NCBI GenBank assembly: GCA_965203485.1
Contig: OZ241892.1
Span: 96,001 to 160,000 of the forward strand
Direction: 5' to 3'
Source: Longimicrobiales bacterium
Lineage (GTDB): Bacteria > Gemmatimonadota > Gemmatimonadetes > Longimicrobiales > Gaopeijiaceae
Length of the DNA stretch: 64,000 nt
Part shown: piece after piece, positions 1 through 9,984 of the stretch
How positions within the stretch are numbered: position 1 is the first letter of the stretch
Layout of the letters: every line of letters starts with the position of its first letter
The notes under the pieces: generated by a model
What the model was told of the DNA's origin: nothing
The model's input: the letters and a program-made list of their open reading frames with translations, nothing else
Database searches by the model: none
Program-made: the position numbers and the translations under genes

Positions 1-1751
1 TGATCCGCCGCGTCACCGTCCGCAACTTCAAGCGCTTCGACGAGCAGACGTTCGAGCTTGCCGACTCGGTGGTGCTGGCGGGACCCAACAACGCCGGAAA
101 GTCCACACTGCTTCAAGCGATTGCGACCTGGAAGATGGGCATCGCCCGATGGACCGCCCGACGCGGGGCGGGCAGCGCCAGCAGCGCGGTCAAGCGGTCC
201 GGCGTCTCGATCACGCGAGGCGAGCTGACGGCGACGCCCCTTCGGGAGATGAACCTGCTTTGGCGGGACCGCCGAGTCACGCGCACGACAAGGGAAGGAA
301 GGCCGCCCGGCACGCCCAGGCTGATCGAGATCGTGATCGAGGGGGCCAGGGCTGGCGGTCGCGGCCGCGCTGGCGGCTCTTCCGAGGCCGCCGGAGCCCC
401 CTGGAAGTGCGGCCTGGAGTTCCAATACGCGAACCCGGAGATGGTCTACGTTCGGCCCCAGGGCGCAAAGCAACTCGACAGCGACAGCATTCGCGACTTT
501 CCGCCGCGCCAAGCCGCCGACCTGGAAGTCGTGCACGTTCCGCCGCTGGTCGGCGTGCAGCGAGACGAGCCCCGCCTGGACAAGGGGATGCAGGACCTGC
601 TTGTCGGACAGGGACAGGCCGGCGGCATCTTGCGCAACCTCTTGCTGGAGGCGGCCGAAAAGAAGAACGACGACTGGGACGCGCTGGCCGGACATGTCCG
701 CATCCTGTTCGGGATCCGCTTGCGAAAGCCCGTCTACTCGCCGGCCCAGCCGTACATATTGTGCGAATACGACGAACCAACAGGATCGGACCGCCCTCTG
801 GACTTGGCCAACGCCGGCAGCGGCACCCTCCAAGTCATCCTCCTGCTGGCATTCCTCTATGCGCGCCCGGCGTCGGTGATCCTGCTGGACGAACCCGACG
901 CGCACCAGCACGTCGTCCTGCAGAAACAAGTTTATGGCTTGCTCCGCAAGGTGGCTCGGGAGCGCGGCGGGCAAGTCGTCCTCGCCACGCACTCCGAGGT
1001 CGTCTTGGACGCGACAGCCCCGGAACGCGTGCTGAGCTTCTACGGCGACGAGTACCGAGCGCTGGCAACGCCCGCAGAACGCGACCAGCTCCGCGAGGCC
1101 CTCAAGCGACTGACGACCACCGATCTGTTGCTGGGACGGGAGGTCGGCGCCGTCTTGTACGTCGAGAACGAGTCGGACGAACGCATCTTGAAGGAGTGGG
1201 CGGACATCTTGGGCCATCCCGCCCGTCGCTTCCTTGCACGGCCGTTCGTGCACCATTTGGCGGGCAGCAACATCGGGGACGCCAAGAACCACTTCTTCGC
1301 TCTACGGGCGGCGTTTCCGGATATCAGGGCGGCGTGTCTTCTGGACGGCGACAACAGGAACAAGCCGGACGCCGAGACGACCGGAGCCGGCATGAAGGTG
1401 CTTCGCTGGCGGCGCTACGAGATCGAAAACTACCTGCTCCATCCAGAGACCGTCGAGCGCTTCCTCGGCCTTCCTCATCGGGAGCTTGTGCGAAATGCCT
1501 TCGACAGGCAGGTTCCCGTCGGCACCGACTACTTTGGCGATCATCCGGCGCTGTCGCGGGTCAAGGCAAGCAACGAGTTTCTGGTGCCGCTGCTGGATGA
1601 CGTCGGCGCGCCCACCCCCAAGCGCGACCTCTTCCTGCTGGCCGCCGCCATGAGACCCGAGGAGATTCACCCCGAGGTGATCGAGAAGCTGAACGCCATC
1701 GAAGAGGCGCTCAACCCGCGCACCGGGGACGTCCGTGAGGGATGCCCGTAG
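1..1751 (+). CDS. ABC/AAA ATPase with C-terminal TOPRIM-like domain (OLD-family-like); first base of the start codon lies just outside the window
   Basis: The frame reads (M)IRRVTVRNFKRF from position 3. Walker A GPNNAGKST, signature-like AGSGT, Walker B ILLDEPD, H-loop ATHS; C-terminal YVENESD, LDGD and RYEIENYLL. Confidence 0.8.
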   Translation, partial: IRRVTVRNFKRFDEQTFELADSVVLAGPNNAGKSTLLQAIATWKMGIARWTARRGAGSASSAVKRSGVSITRGELTATPLREMNLLWRDRRVTRTTREGRPPGTPRLIEIVIEGARAGGRGRAGGSSEAAGAPWKCGLEFQYANPEMVYVRPQGAKQLDSDSIRDFPPRQAADLEVVHVPPLVGVQRDEPRLDKGMQDLLVGQGQAGGILRNLLLEAAEKKNDDWDALAGHVRILFGIRLRKPVYSPAQPYILCEYDEPTGSDRPLDLANAGSGTLQVILLLAFLYARPASVILLDEPDAHQHVVLQKQVYGLLRKVARERGGQVVLATHSEVVLDATAPERVLSFYGDEYRALATPAERDQLREALKRLTTTDLLLGREVGAVLYVENESDERILKEWADILGHPARRFLARPFVHHLAGSNIGDAKNHFFALRAAFPDIRAACLLDGDNRNKPDAETTGAGMKVLRWRRYEIENYLLHPETVERFLGLPHRELVRNAFDRQVPVGTDYFGDHPALSRVKASNEFLVPLLDDVGAPTPKRDLFLLAAAMRPEEIHPEVIEKLNAIEEALNPRTGDVREGCP

Positions 1752-1772
1752 TGCAACCACCCTACACTATGG

Positions 1773-1814
1773 AGAGCGAAGCATGAAAGAGCTAGAGCGA
1801 AGCATGAAAGAGCT
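1773..1814 (+). repeat. Perfect 21-bp tandem duplication spanning the csb1 start codon
   Basis: AGAGCGAAGCATGAAAGAGCT at 1773-1793 and 1794-1814, giving in-frame ATGs at 1783 and 1804. Confidence 0.9.
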
Positions 1815-2997
1815 TCTGACCGACGCGGCGTTCATTCGGGCGCGTGCCAAACTCCAACCCGCCGCGGGCAAGGGGGAACCCGTGATCCCCGCTCGATACC
1901 CCGAAGCCAAGAGATGGGACGCCGTTACCAGGAAGATGGTGGACACGCCTTTCTGCTGGGCTGAGCGGGACGGCGCACGAACCGTCGTGCTGTCATCTTG
2001 GGGAGCCGAGGCCCACGCAATGGCCGACGCGCTCGACGGGGCCAGCGTGTCCGTTCCGCAGCTGGTCGTGGACTTCAAGGACCACGCCTATACCTCGCGC
2101 CTCGGCCTGAATACTCTCGGTTCCCGACAGCTCCCTCACCGCTACGCGAGTGCCGAGATTCGCGATTCCTTCTTGGGAGGCAGTAGCTTCGCAGAGAGCG
2201 CGCAAGGCAAGGCCATCCTGGAGGCCCGGCCGGAGTCGGACTGCCGGGCGCTCTACAGGCATGACCCGTTCGCGATTCTGTGTGGCGGATGGAACAGCCA
2301 CTCAGACATGTCTCCCGAAATGGCTCCGAAGTTCGGGCGAATGATCGTCGCCGCCGTTCGGGCGCACGGCGCGGAGCCGTTCTTGGCCGCGCCAGTCAAG
2401 ACGGACGTCCTGCGGATACCCAGAGATATCAATATGCACTGCCTTGGCTATCCAAGGAATCGCAAGGACGGCAAGAGGAAGAAGAGTCTGAGGAACAAGC
2501 CGAGCACCTATGGGTACGGTAGCGTCACCCAGGAAGAAGGACCATCGGACGCAGCAGTTACCATGTCGCATGCGGTCTTCACCTGGACATTGTCGTTGCA
2601 GGCCCTGCGGAATCTTCGGTTCGGCGACTGGGACGACGAACAAGCCAAGGCGGCGCGCACGGCTCTGATGGGCCTGGCATTGCTCGTGCTGGCCAGACGG
2701 TTCGAGCGCGGGTTCCACCTCCGATCCACATGCGACCTGAAAGTGGTCAAGGTCGACATGGAGCGCATCGACAGGGCGACGCTGGGTAACGAGGTGCCAC
2801 GCACGTCGCCGTTGTCCTTGAGTTCGAGCGAAGCCAAGTTGTTTCTGCGCACGGCGGTGAAAACGGCCAAGGAACTGGACGCTGCTTGGTCGGACGAAGA
2901 TATCGTCCTCGACCCCGCCCCGTCGTCCGAGGAGCAGAAGCCGAATAGGCCGTCGCTCGAGAAGATGCTGGACAAGGCCGAACAGCGGCAATCGTGA
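1783..2997 (+). CDS. csb1: Type I-G (I-U) Cas7 backbone protein Csb1, divergent
   Basis: LQPAAGKGEPVIPARYP, LPHRYASAEIRDS, GGWNS and GFHLRSTCDL resemble Csb1 motif blocks. GGAGAG RBS; first gene of an overlapping cas operon. Confidence 0.85.
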   Translation: MKELERSMKELLTDAAFIRARAKLQPAAGKGEPVIPARYPEAKRWDAVTRKMVDTPFCWAERDGARTVVLSSWGAEAHAMADALDGASVSVPQLVVDFKDHAYTSRLGLNTLGSRQLPHRYASAEIRDSFLGGSSFAESAQGKAILEARPESDCRALYRHDPFAILCGGWNSHSDMSPEMAPKFGRMIVAAVRAHGAEPFLAAPVKTDVLRIPRDINMHCLGYPRNRKDGKRKKSLRNKPSTYGYGSVTQEEGPSDAAVTMSHAVFTWTLSLQALRNLRFGDWDDEQAKAARTALMGLALLVLARRFERGFHLRSTCDLKVVKVDMERIDRATLGNEVPRTSPLSLSSSEAKLFLRTAVKTAKELDAAWSDEDIVLDPAPSSEEQKPNRPSLEKMLDKAEQRQS

Positions 2998-4415
2998 GCA
3001 CCATCGGCATCAGAGTGCGGTTCGTGGCAGACACCTTCGCTGCCACCGACGCTTCCGGCCGAGCCGAGTGGCCTCCACATCCCGCGCGGTTGCTGTACGC
3101 GGCCGTGGACGCCGCCGGAGCCGATGTCACTGAACCGGAAAAACGCGCCCTGCGGTGGCTCGCCAAGCAGTCGGCGCCGTCGATCTCCTGCCCCAAACCC
3201 TTCGTCCGGACCGGGGAACCCAAACCCTACATGCCCTACGTTCCGGAGCGGCTCAATGGCCTGACGCCAAGAACTAACGATCGGCCGTTCCCCGAAGTCG
3301 TGTTGCCCGACGGTCGGGAAGACATCGTCTTCGGCTTCGACAAACACTGGCCGGAAGTTCTGGTCGCGGACCTTGACCGGTTACTGGCCAGAGTTCGGCG
3401 CTTGGGCACCCACCGCAGTCCCTGCGTCGTGGACCTCGTGCGACCGGTTCCGCGACCCGCGTGGGTTCGCAAGCCTAGCCACGTTCCCGACGACCACCCC
3501 GAGGTCCGCTGGCTTCGCTGGGGCTACGAAGGCATCGTCGACGACCTGCGCCAGGAGTGGCAGAAGCGTTGCGGACGGGGCCGCCGACAGGCGGACTTCG
3601 CACGCGAACCCATGAAGGCCAGCCAAGTTGCTTACGTCCCCGCGAAGCGCGCTCGTGAGCCGCAACGCCGAGAAGGGGCTATCGAGACCTTTCGCCTGGC
3701 TGGCGACCGTTTCTACGCACGCGACGCTGTCCATGTCGTCACGGCCGTGCGCGTCGCCTTGAACGAGACGACGGGCGGTGCCCTCGCAAGCGTTCACGGT
3801 CACGCCCCGGATGGGCGACCGGCCAAGAACGAGCAGCGCGTCGGCGTGATTCCGTTGATCGACGCCGGGTACGAGTGGTCCGACGGACGCATCATCGGCG
3901 TCGGCTTTGTGATCCCGCCCGCCCTCGAGTACGACGACGATCTTCTGCGAGGCTTGGGAGTGCTTCACAGACGCCCGATCCGGGTGCCGGGACGCTCGGC
4001 TGCGCGCTTGGCCACGCTCGAAGAGCGGGACGACACATGGGCACTGAACCCCGAGAGATGGACCCGTCCTAGTCGGCGATGGGCAACGGTGACGCCGATC
4101 GTGAACGATGGCTTCCCGGGTGGGAGCGGCTCCCGCCTCCGCCCATCCGGAAGCGGCAAGGTGGCGAAGAAGGTTGGGAAAATGTTGATGCAGGCGGCGC
4201 CAACTGCTAGCGGGTTTGAGATTAAGATGTCGCGAAGACCGCTGATGCGCGGCCTGTCTCCGTCCTGGGAATTCACCGCCCCCGAGCATCGCCGATGGTC
4301 GTGGCGGATGCATCTGCAGGTCGTCTTCGACGAGCCGGTCGCCGGACCGCTCCTCGTCGGCCCGGGACGATGGCAGGGCTGGGGACTGCTGGCCCCGGTA
4401 CCGAATCGTGAGTAG
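2994..4415 (+). CDS. csb2: Type I-G Cas5/Cas6 fusion Csb2
   Basis: N-terminal EWPPHPARL and ALRWL; WATVTP; C-terminal Gly-rich loop GPLLVGPGRWQGWGLL. GTGA overlap with csb1. Confidence 0.9.
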   Translation: MSTIGIRVRFVADTFAATDASGRAEWPPHPARLLYAAVDAAGADVTEPEKRALRWLAKQSAPSISCPKPFVRTGEPKPYMPYVPERLNGLTPRTNDRPFPEVVLPDGREDIVFGFDKHWPEVLVADLDRLLARVRRLGTHRSPCVVDLVRPVPRPAWVRKPSHVPDDHPEVRWLRWGYEGIVDDLRQEWQKRCGRGRRQADFAREPMKASQVAYVPAKRAREPQRREGAIETFRLAGDRFYARDAVHVVTAVRVALNETTGGALASVHGHAPDGRPAKNEQRVGVIPLIDAGYEWSDGRIIGVGFVIPPALEYDDDLLRGLGVLHRRPIRVPGRSAARLATLEERDDTWALNPERWTRPSRRWATVTPIVNDGFPGGSGSRLRPSGSGKVAKKVGKMLMQAAPTASGFEIKMSRRPLMRGLSPSWEFTAPEHRRWSWRMHLQVVFDEPVAGPLLVGPGRWQGWGLLAPVPNRE

Positions 4416-6879
4416 CGAATCCGACTTTCGGGAAGTCGTGCGCGCCGTCTTTGCCGCGATGTACGGAGCCCCGCCCTACGCTTGGCAGGAGAGGATGGCG
4501 GTGCGGCTTCTACGTCGCGATCTCCCCAGGAGGGTCCGCCTTCCGACAGGCTCGGGCAAGAGCAGCATCGCCATTCTGGCATTGGTGGCCAGAGCCTACG
4601 AACCGTCGCTTCCGCGGCGCGTCTGGTTCGTCGTGGACCGCCAAGTCGTCGTGCACCAAGCCTCCGAGTCTGCACGCAAGTTCCTGGAACTGCTGAACAA
4701 CGCCGAGAGCGGCGCCCTGGCCGACCTCCGCGATCGACTGAAGGCGATTGGTGGCACGGGCGAGCCGTTTCTGATCTCTGAGTTGCGCGGCGGCATACCG
4801 CCCGAACAAGAATGGCGCAAGAACCTGCTGGTACCGCAGATCATCGTGTCCACCGTGAATCAGCACGGATCGCGGATCATGCTGCGAGGCTATCGGTCCA
4901 GAGCCCGCAACCGTCCAGTCGAAACGACTTTTGCCGAGCGCGACTCGCTCGTGATCCTGGACGAAGCGCACATCTCTAGCGTCTACGCGACCACATTGCG
5001 CGCGGCCAAGGAGCGCCTGGACGACGAGCCGGGAGCGGCGACAGGACCGGCGAATCTGGAAACGCTGGAAATGTCGGCCACGCTGGAAGCTTCCGACTTT
5101 GAGGACGACGGCGGATGTCCGGGGCTAGCGTCCCTTGCGAGCGTCGAGAAGACCGTCGTCAAGACGGTGCACAAGACCGAATTCGAGGAAGATCCCGTGC
5201 GCGTGATCGACGAACTGGATGCAACCCGCGTTATCGTGGCATGCAACACCGTGCGCGATGCATTGGCCGTCTACGACAAGTTGCGCCGGCAGCAGCAGAA
5301 CACGACGCATCTGCTGACCGGCCGCATGCGCGGCATCGACAAGACGGAAAAGTTGGGAGCCGTGCAAGCCGTCTTCGGCGATGCCGAACCGGCTGAATGC
5401 CATGTTCTCGTCGCCACGCAAGCCATCGAGGTCGGAGCCGATTTCACCTGCAACGCCATGGTGTCGTATGCGGCTCCGTCCGACATCATGGCGCAGCGAT
5501 GCGGCAGGCTCGCTCGCAGAGTCGGCGACGGTCCCGGTAAGCTAGTCGTCGTGAAGGGAGCCACATGGTACGACGAGTTGTCTGAGGACGAGCCCGCGAA
5601 GGCCACGATCGCACGTCTGCCCGTCGGTGCCGACGTCTCGACGTCCGCATGGCAGTCGGACAAGTGGGCTCCCGAGACCAGAATGCCCCGACCGCGCCCG
5701 CCCGTGATGTTGCCCTCGGATTGGGAAGTGCTCGAGCTCACCAATCCGGAAGCGAAATGGAGCCCTGCGCCGGAAGCGTATCTCCACGGAGAGCGCGAGA
5801 AAACGTCGCGCGTCGCCGTTGCATGGCGCCGAGACGCCAGAGACGCCATTGCCGACGGGCTCGCCCGGTACTTGGAAGCCTGCCCGTTCGTCGCCGCCGA
5901 ATGCGCCGAAGTCCCGGTTTCGGAAATTCGGCCGTGGCTGAAGAGCTTGCGCGACGATCTGTGGACGGCGGTCGATGACCGTGACATCGTACCCGCCGTC
6001 TCCTGGGACCAGGTAGGGCCACAGCATACCGTGCTGGTCGACTCCGATGTCGGCGGCCTTCGCGACGGCACTTTCGACAAGGGCGCGTGCGGCACGATCG
6101 ACGACGTGTGGGAAAAGGCCTACGAGGCCGCGATCGGACGGCGGGTCGTCAGAATCCGCAACCGGTTGCGAGAAGAGCATCGCCACCGTATTCGCCGCGT
6201 GGTTGAACGCGACAACGGCTTCCGACCCGCTAGTCTTGCGCTCGTCGAACTCGGAAACAACGAGCCGAGAAAGGGGTTCTGGCTGGCCGTGGCCGCTAGC
6301 GACTCCACACTGTCCGGCGATGCCGAGCCCCCGCTGTTGACCGAACACGCTACCGCAGTGGAAGACCGGGTGCGTCGCATCTGCCGCGCGCTGGACATGC
6401 CCGACGACCTGACGGGATCAATGTGTCTGGCCGCGCGCCACCACGACGGCGGAAAGCAGGACATCCGGTTCCAGGCGATGCTGAGAGGCGACAACCGACT
6501 GCGGGCCGCCGTTGGACCACCGATCGCACGCTCCACGCCCAAGCATCGCAACGTCAGGTGTCCCTATCCGTCGGGCAAGCGCCACGAGTTCGCTTCGGCC
6601 GCAAAGTTGTTGCACAAGGCCGACAAGCTCGCCGTGCACCTCGTCATGGCCCACCATGGCCACGCGCGTGTCGGCGCAATCGAGCCGGACGCCGAACCGC
6701 CCAACCCTTCAACCACATTCGCTTCCACCGCAGACTTGGAACTGGTCAAGGCGGAACAGCCGCGACGCTTCGCCGAACTGCTCGAGCACCACGGCGGTGG
6801 ACTGCTCCGACTGCTGGAAGCCATACTGGTCACCGCCGACCGCCAAGTTGCCGACAAGGAGGACGAACGATGGAGATGA
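4408..6879 (+). CDS. cas3: Type I-G Cas3 (SF2 helicase with C-terminal HD nuclease)
   Basis: Helicase motifs PTGSGKS, DEAH, MSAT, ATQAIEVGADF and QRCGRLAR. HD domain at the C-terminus (LTEHA, HHDGGK, RHE, AHHG, TAD), as typical of I-G. Confidence 0.93.
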   Translation: MSSESDFREVVRAVFAAMYGAPPYAWQERMAVRLLRRDLPRRVRLPTGSGKSSIAILALVARAYEPSLPRRVWFVVDRQVVVHQASESARKFLELLNNAESGALADLRDRLKAIGGTGEPFLISELRGGIPPEQEWRKNLLVPQIIVSTVNQHGSRIMLRGYRSRARNRPVETTFAERDSLVILDEAHISSVYATTLRAAKERLDDEPGAATGPANLETLEMSATLEASDFEDDGGCPGLASLASVEKTVVKTVHKTEFEEDPVRVIDELDATRVIVACNTVRDALAVYDKLRRQQQNTTHLLTGRMRGIDKTEKLGAVQAVFGDAEPAECHVLVATQAIEVGADFTCNAMVSYAAPSDIMAQRCGRLARRVGDGPGKLVVVKGATWYDELSEDEPAKATIARLPVGADVSTSAWQSDKWAPETRMPRPRPPVMLPSDWEVLELTNPEAKWSPAPEAYLHGEREKTSRVAVAWRRDARDAIADGLARYLEACPFVAAECAEVPVSEIRPWLKSLRDDLWTAVDDRDIVPAVSWDQVGPQHTVLVDSDVGGLRDGTFDKGACGTIDDVWEKAYEAAIGRRVVRIRNRLREEHRHRIRRVVERDNGFRPASLALVELGNNEPRKGFWLAVAASDSTLSGDAEPPLLTEHATAVEDRVRRICRALDMPDDLTGSMCLAARHHDGGKQDIRFQAMLRGDNRLRAAVGPPIARSTPKHRNVRCPYPSGKRHEFASAAKLLHKADKLAVHLVMAHHGHARVGAIEPDAEPPNPSTTFASTADLELVKAEQPRRFAELLEHHGGGLLRLLEAILVTADRQVADKEDERWR

Positions 6880-7673
6880 CTATGACGACTCTCGACGGCA
6901 CATGCCCCATGCACTTCATGGCGGCCGCCGGGCTCCTGCGACTTGCCCCCGCGCACAGCCGGGGTGCCTGGGGAAAAGACAAGCGACTGAGCATCTCGGC
7001 AGGCATCGAAGACGCTGTTGCCGAGCATCTGGTCAACGAAGGCACTCAGCTCGAGGATTGGATAAAGGTTGTGGAGAACGCGAACCAGGACCGCCCGAGA
7101 AAGGACAAGAGTAAGGTGTCGGGATCGACGCTTACGCTAGCCGAGCAGGATAAGGATCTTCTGGACACGGCGCCACCGTCGATGATCGCGCTCCAGCATC
7201 CGTCGTGGACCGATGGCAACAAGCTCCGCCAGTCGCACTGGGTGTTCACCGCCGGGAACCAACGGTTTCTGCCCACGATCGCGTGCGCCATGTCCTCCGC
7301 CACGCCGGACGGCATTAAGGCGCTCCTGGCTGGCAATGGCCAGCTAAGAAAAGGTGCCGCGATCTGGGACTACGAACGCCAGACGCTGGCCCGTGCCCGC
7401 AGTACGAACGACTCTGCCAAGTGGCGGCGCCCACTGTTGGACGCGCTGGCCTTTGCCGGTCTTCGGACCTGGCCGATACACGTGCCCCTCGGGCCCGCAG
7501 GGTGGACGCGACGCCAGCGAGAGCTGTGGTTCGAGTGGGCGTTGTGGCGTGGCGCACTTCCATACGCCGCCGCCGCGCTATGCATCAAGAGCCTTCTCGG
7601 CGAACGATGGACCGCCCGCTGTGCCCGGCCAAAGGGGTACTATCGGTACTTCGGTCATTCCCGCCGGGCCTGA
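6870..7673 (+). CDS. csb3: Short type I-G large subunit (Csb3/Cas8u2-like), 267 aa
   Basis: AAGGAGG RBS then ATG at 6870, overlapping the end of cas3. LDGTCPMHFMAAAGLLR N-terminus, FTAGNQRF, LDALAFAGL; position directly after cas3. Confidence 0.7.
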   Translation: MEMTMTTLDGTCPMHFMAAAGLLRLAPAHSRGAWGKDKRLSISAGIEDAVAEHLVNEGTQLEDWIKVVENANQDRPRKDKSKVSGSTLTLAEQDKDLLDTAPPSMIALQHPSWTDGNKLRQSHWVFTAGNQRFLPTIACAMSSATPDGIKALLAGNGQLRKGAAIWDYERQTLARARSTNDSAKWRRPLLDALAFAGLRTWPIHVPLGPAGWTRRQRELWFEWALWRGALPYAAAALCIKSLLGERWTARCARPKGYYRYFGHSRRA

Positions 7674-7812
7674 CTCTCCGGACTGGATTTCCCGGCATTG
7701 CAGGCATTTAACAATCAAGGTTTGCACCCTCAAGGCCGTTACCTGCGCCGAATGCGGAGCGGTCGAATACCAACGCACAAGTCGGCATGAGATATGAATT
7801 TGTATGATGGCC
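7674..7812 (+). promoter_or_regulatory. CRISPR leader
   Basis: Non-coding, visibly AT-richer segment between the cas operon and the first perfect repeat; the degenerate repeats are at the opposite end. Confidence 0.7.
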
Positions 7813-8364
7813 GTGGATTCCCCGGCCCAGCCGGGGGTCAACTGAAGGTGCGATCTCGACACGCCGGAGGCGATGCGCGCCTCCGCGTGGATTCCCCGGC
7901 CCAGCCGGGGGTCAACTGAAGGTCCAGCTTGGCGAGCACGGCGCGCCGCGTCTCGCGCCGTGGATTCCCCGGCCCAGCCGGGGGTCAACTGAAGGAGCGG
8001 GATCAGGTCCTCGATCGGCGACCGGCCGAACGGCGTGGATTCCCCGGCCCAGCCGGGGGTCAACTGAAGGCATTCACGGCGCCAACACCCTCAGCGCCGG
8101 CGGCGCCAGTGGATTCCCCGGCCCAGCCGGGGGTCAACTGAAGGGAGCTGGCGAAGATGAAGCTCGAGGGCGAGCAGCGCGTGGATTCCCCGGCCCAGCC
8201 GGGGGTCAACTGAAGGTCCCTCGGTGTCGATGTCTTCGGTGTTGCGGCCGCTGGTGGATTCCCCGGCCCAGCCGGGGGTCAACTGAAGTAAGTCGCCGCG
8301 CCGGACGCCCGACAGCAGTGCCCGCGGTGGATTCCCCGGGGTCCAGCCGGGGGTCAACTGAAGT
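7813..8364 (+). CRISPR. CRISPR array: 8 repeats (GTGGATTCCCCGGCCCAGCCGGGGGTCAACTGAAGG, 36 bp) and 7 spacers of 36-39 bp
   Basis: Repeats start at 7813, 7887, 7960, 8035, 8109, 8181, 8254 and 8327. Stem CCCCGGC/GCCGGGG with a TGAAG 3' end. The last two repeats end in T and the final one has an altered stem-loop. Confidence 0.98.
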
Positions 8365-9120
8365 GCCACCACCTTCCGAACGCGGCGCCGCACCACTTCG
8401 GCATCTGGAGCGAGTGAAGTTGCCTGGTACGGTGGACACGTACGTGGCGGCCACTCGCGCCAAGAGGGAGTCGGCTACGGACAGCGGAGCGAATTCCCGG
8501 GACAGGACGACTACGCCAGCGACCTGTTCGGCTAGGTGCAGCGCACGGTCGCGAGAGCGTAGACGCGCGGCCGGACAGCTTGGCGTCCAAGTCTGGACAT
8601 CGCGACGGACATTTCAGGGAGTAGAAATCCGTCGAAGCGTTGTCTGGACCGCCTCACCCGACGGACGCGCCCCAGAGTTCCGTTCGCGCCCGGCCACCAG
8701 TTTGTTCGTGTCGGAGGCGCAAGAGGAGCGAGAGATCGAGTGCGGGGCGACGGCGCGAGGGCGGTGCTGAAGTTGTGCTACGCGGCGAACAGCTTCGAGT
8801 TTGGGGAGGCGTTGCCGACGTTGAGGGCGTTGCTGCCCGCGACAGCGCGGCCGCGTGAGGGGCGGGTGGTGTGGGTGCGGAGTCTGATTGATGATCGACC
8901 AAAGAGCAAGGAGGAGGACATGGCAAAGGGTGAAGCAGCTGGACGGCCTGACGTCCGAATCGGACCACGTCTCCCGCGGACGCGCCCTTCACGCATCGCT
9001 ACGAGTTGTGGCAACTGCGGCTGGCGGTCCCGGGAGAGGCGGGGCTTGGTTGACGTCGATCTACAAGCAGGTCGTCGGCGCGACGCCGATGCCCGCGGAC
9101 CGGCTCGTGCGGGAAGACCC

Positions 9121-9882
9121 ATGAGTCCGCCGGGTGCCGATAAGCCTCCCGACGGTCTAGAGCGCGAAGCCGCCCTCGTCACCGGCGGCGCAACCCGCGT
9201 CGGCCGCGCCGTGGCCCTGGGACTGGCCGAAGCGGGCTACGACATCGCGATCAGCTACTGGTCCTCCGGTGTCGAGGCCGCCGAAGTCGAAGCGCGCGCC
9301 GTGGCTTTGGGACGCCGGTGCGTTGCCGTCGAGGCCGACTTGTCGGACGCCGACGGCCCGGCCAAAGTGGCCCAGGCGGTGGCCGCCGAGTTCGGTGCCC
9401 TGAGCCTGCTCGTCAACTCGGCCTCTTCGTTCGCGGCGGCCGACCTTCTCGCCGTGACCCGCAAGGAATGGGACGACGTCATGGCATTGAACCTCCGAGC
9501 GCCGTTCCTGCTTGTGCGCCACACCGCCGACCTGCTGCGTCAAGCCGGCGGCTCCGTCGTCAACATCGTGGACTTGTCGGCCTTCCAGGCATGGGCCGAC
9601 TATCCGCATCACTCCGTCTCGAAAGCAGGGCTCCTCCATCTCACGAAGGTGATGGCCGTGTCGCTCGCCCCCCATGTCCGCGTCAACGCCGTAGCGCCGG
9701 GCCACGTGCTTGCTCCGGCGGACGCCGGCCCGGCGGAGTCCGGGGCCGCGCAACGGCAGGCCCTGCTGGACCGCCCCGGCCGCCCCGAAGACGTCGTTCG
9801 CGCCGTGCTCTACCTGGCCCGCGCCCCGTTCGTCACCGGCGAAGTCATGGTATGCGACGGCGGTCGGCTGGCGCGTCCATAG
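9121..9882 (+). CDS. SDR family oxidoreductase (pteridine reductase/FolM-like)
   Basis: TGGATRVG, LVNSAS, NIVD, HSVSK, VRVNAVAPG. The upstream extension of the ORF to 8740 is probably spurious. Confidence 0.85.
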   Translation: MSPPGADKPPDGLEREAALVTGGATRVGRAVALGLAEAGYDIAISYWSSGVEAAEVEARAVALGRRCVAVEADLSDADGPAKVAQAVAAEFGALSLLVNSASSFAAADLLAVTRKEWDDVMALNLRAPFLLVRHTADLLRQAGGSVVNIVDLSAFQAWADYPHHSVSKAGLLHLTKVMAVSLAPHVRVNAVAPGHVLAPADAGPAESGAAQRQALLDRPGRPEDVVRAVLYLARAPFVTGEVMVCDGGRLARP

Positions 9883-9984
9883 CGCTCGCGGCGATATTCC
9901 CAGCCAAGCTTCCGTTGGGCGCCCGGCCTTGGCGGGGCGGACATTTGGAGCGCTGAAGCGGGTAGGCGCTGGAGGAGAAGACCC

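Noticed and set aside
7578..8463. ORFs with repeated LQLTPGWAGEST
   Set aside because: They are translations of CRISPR repeats.
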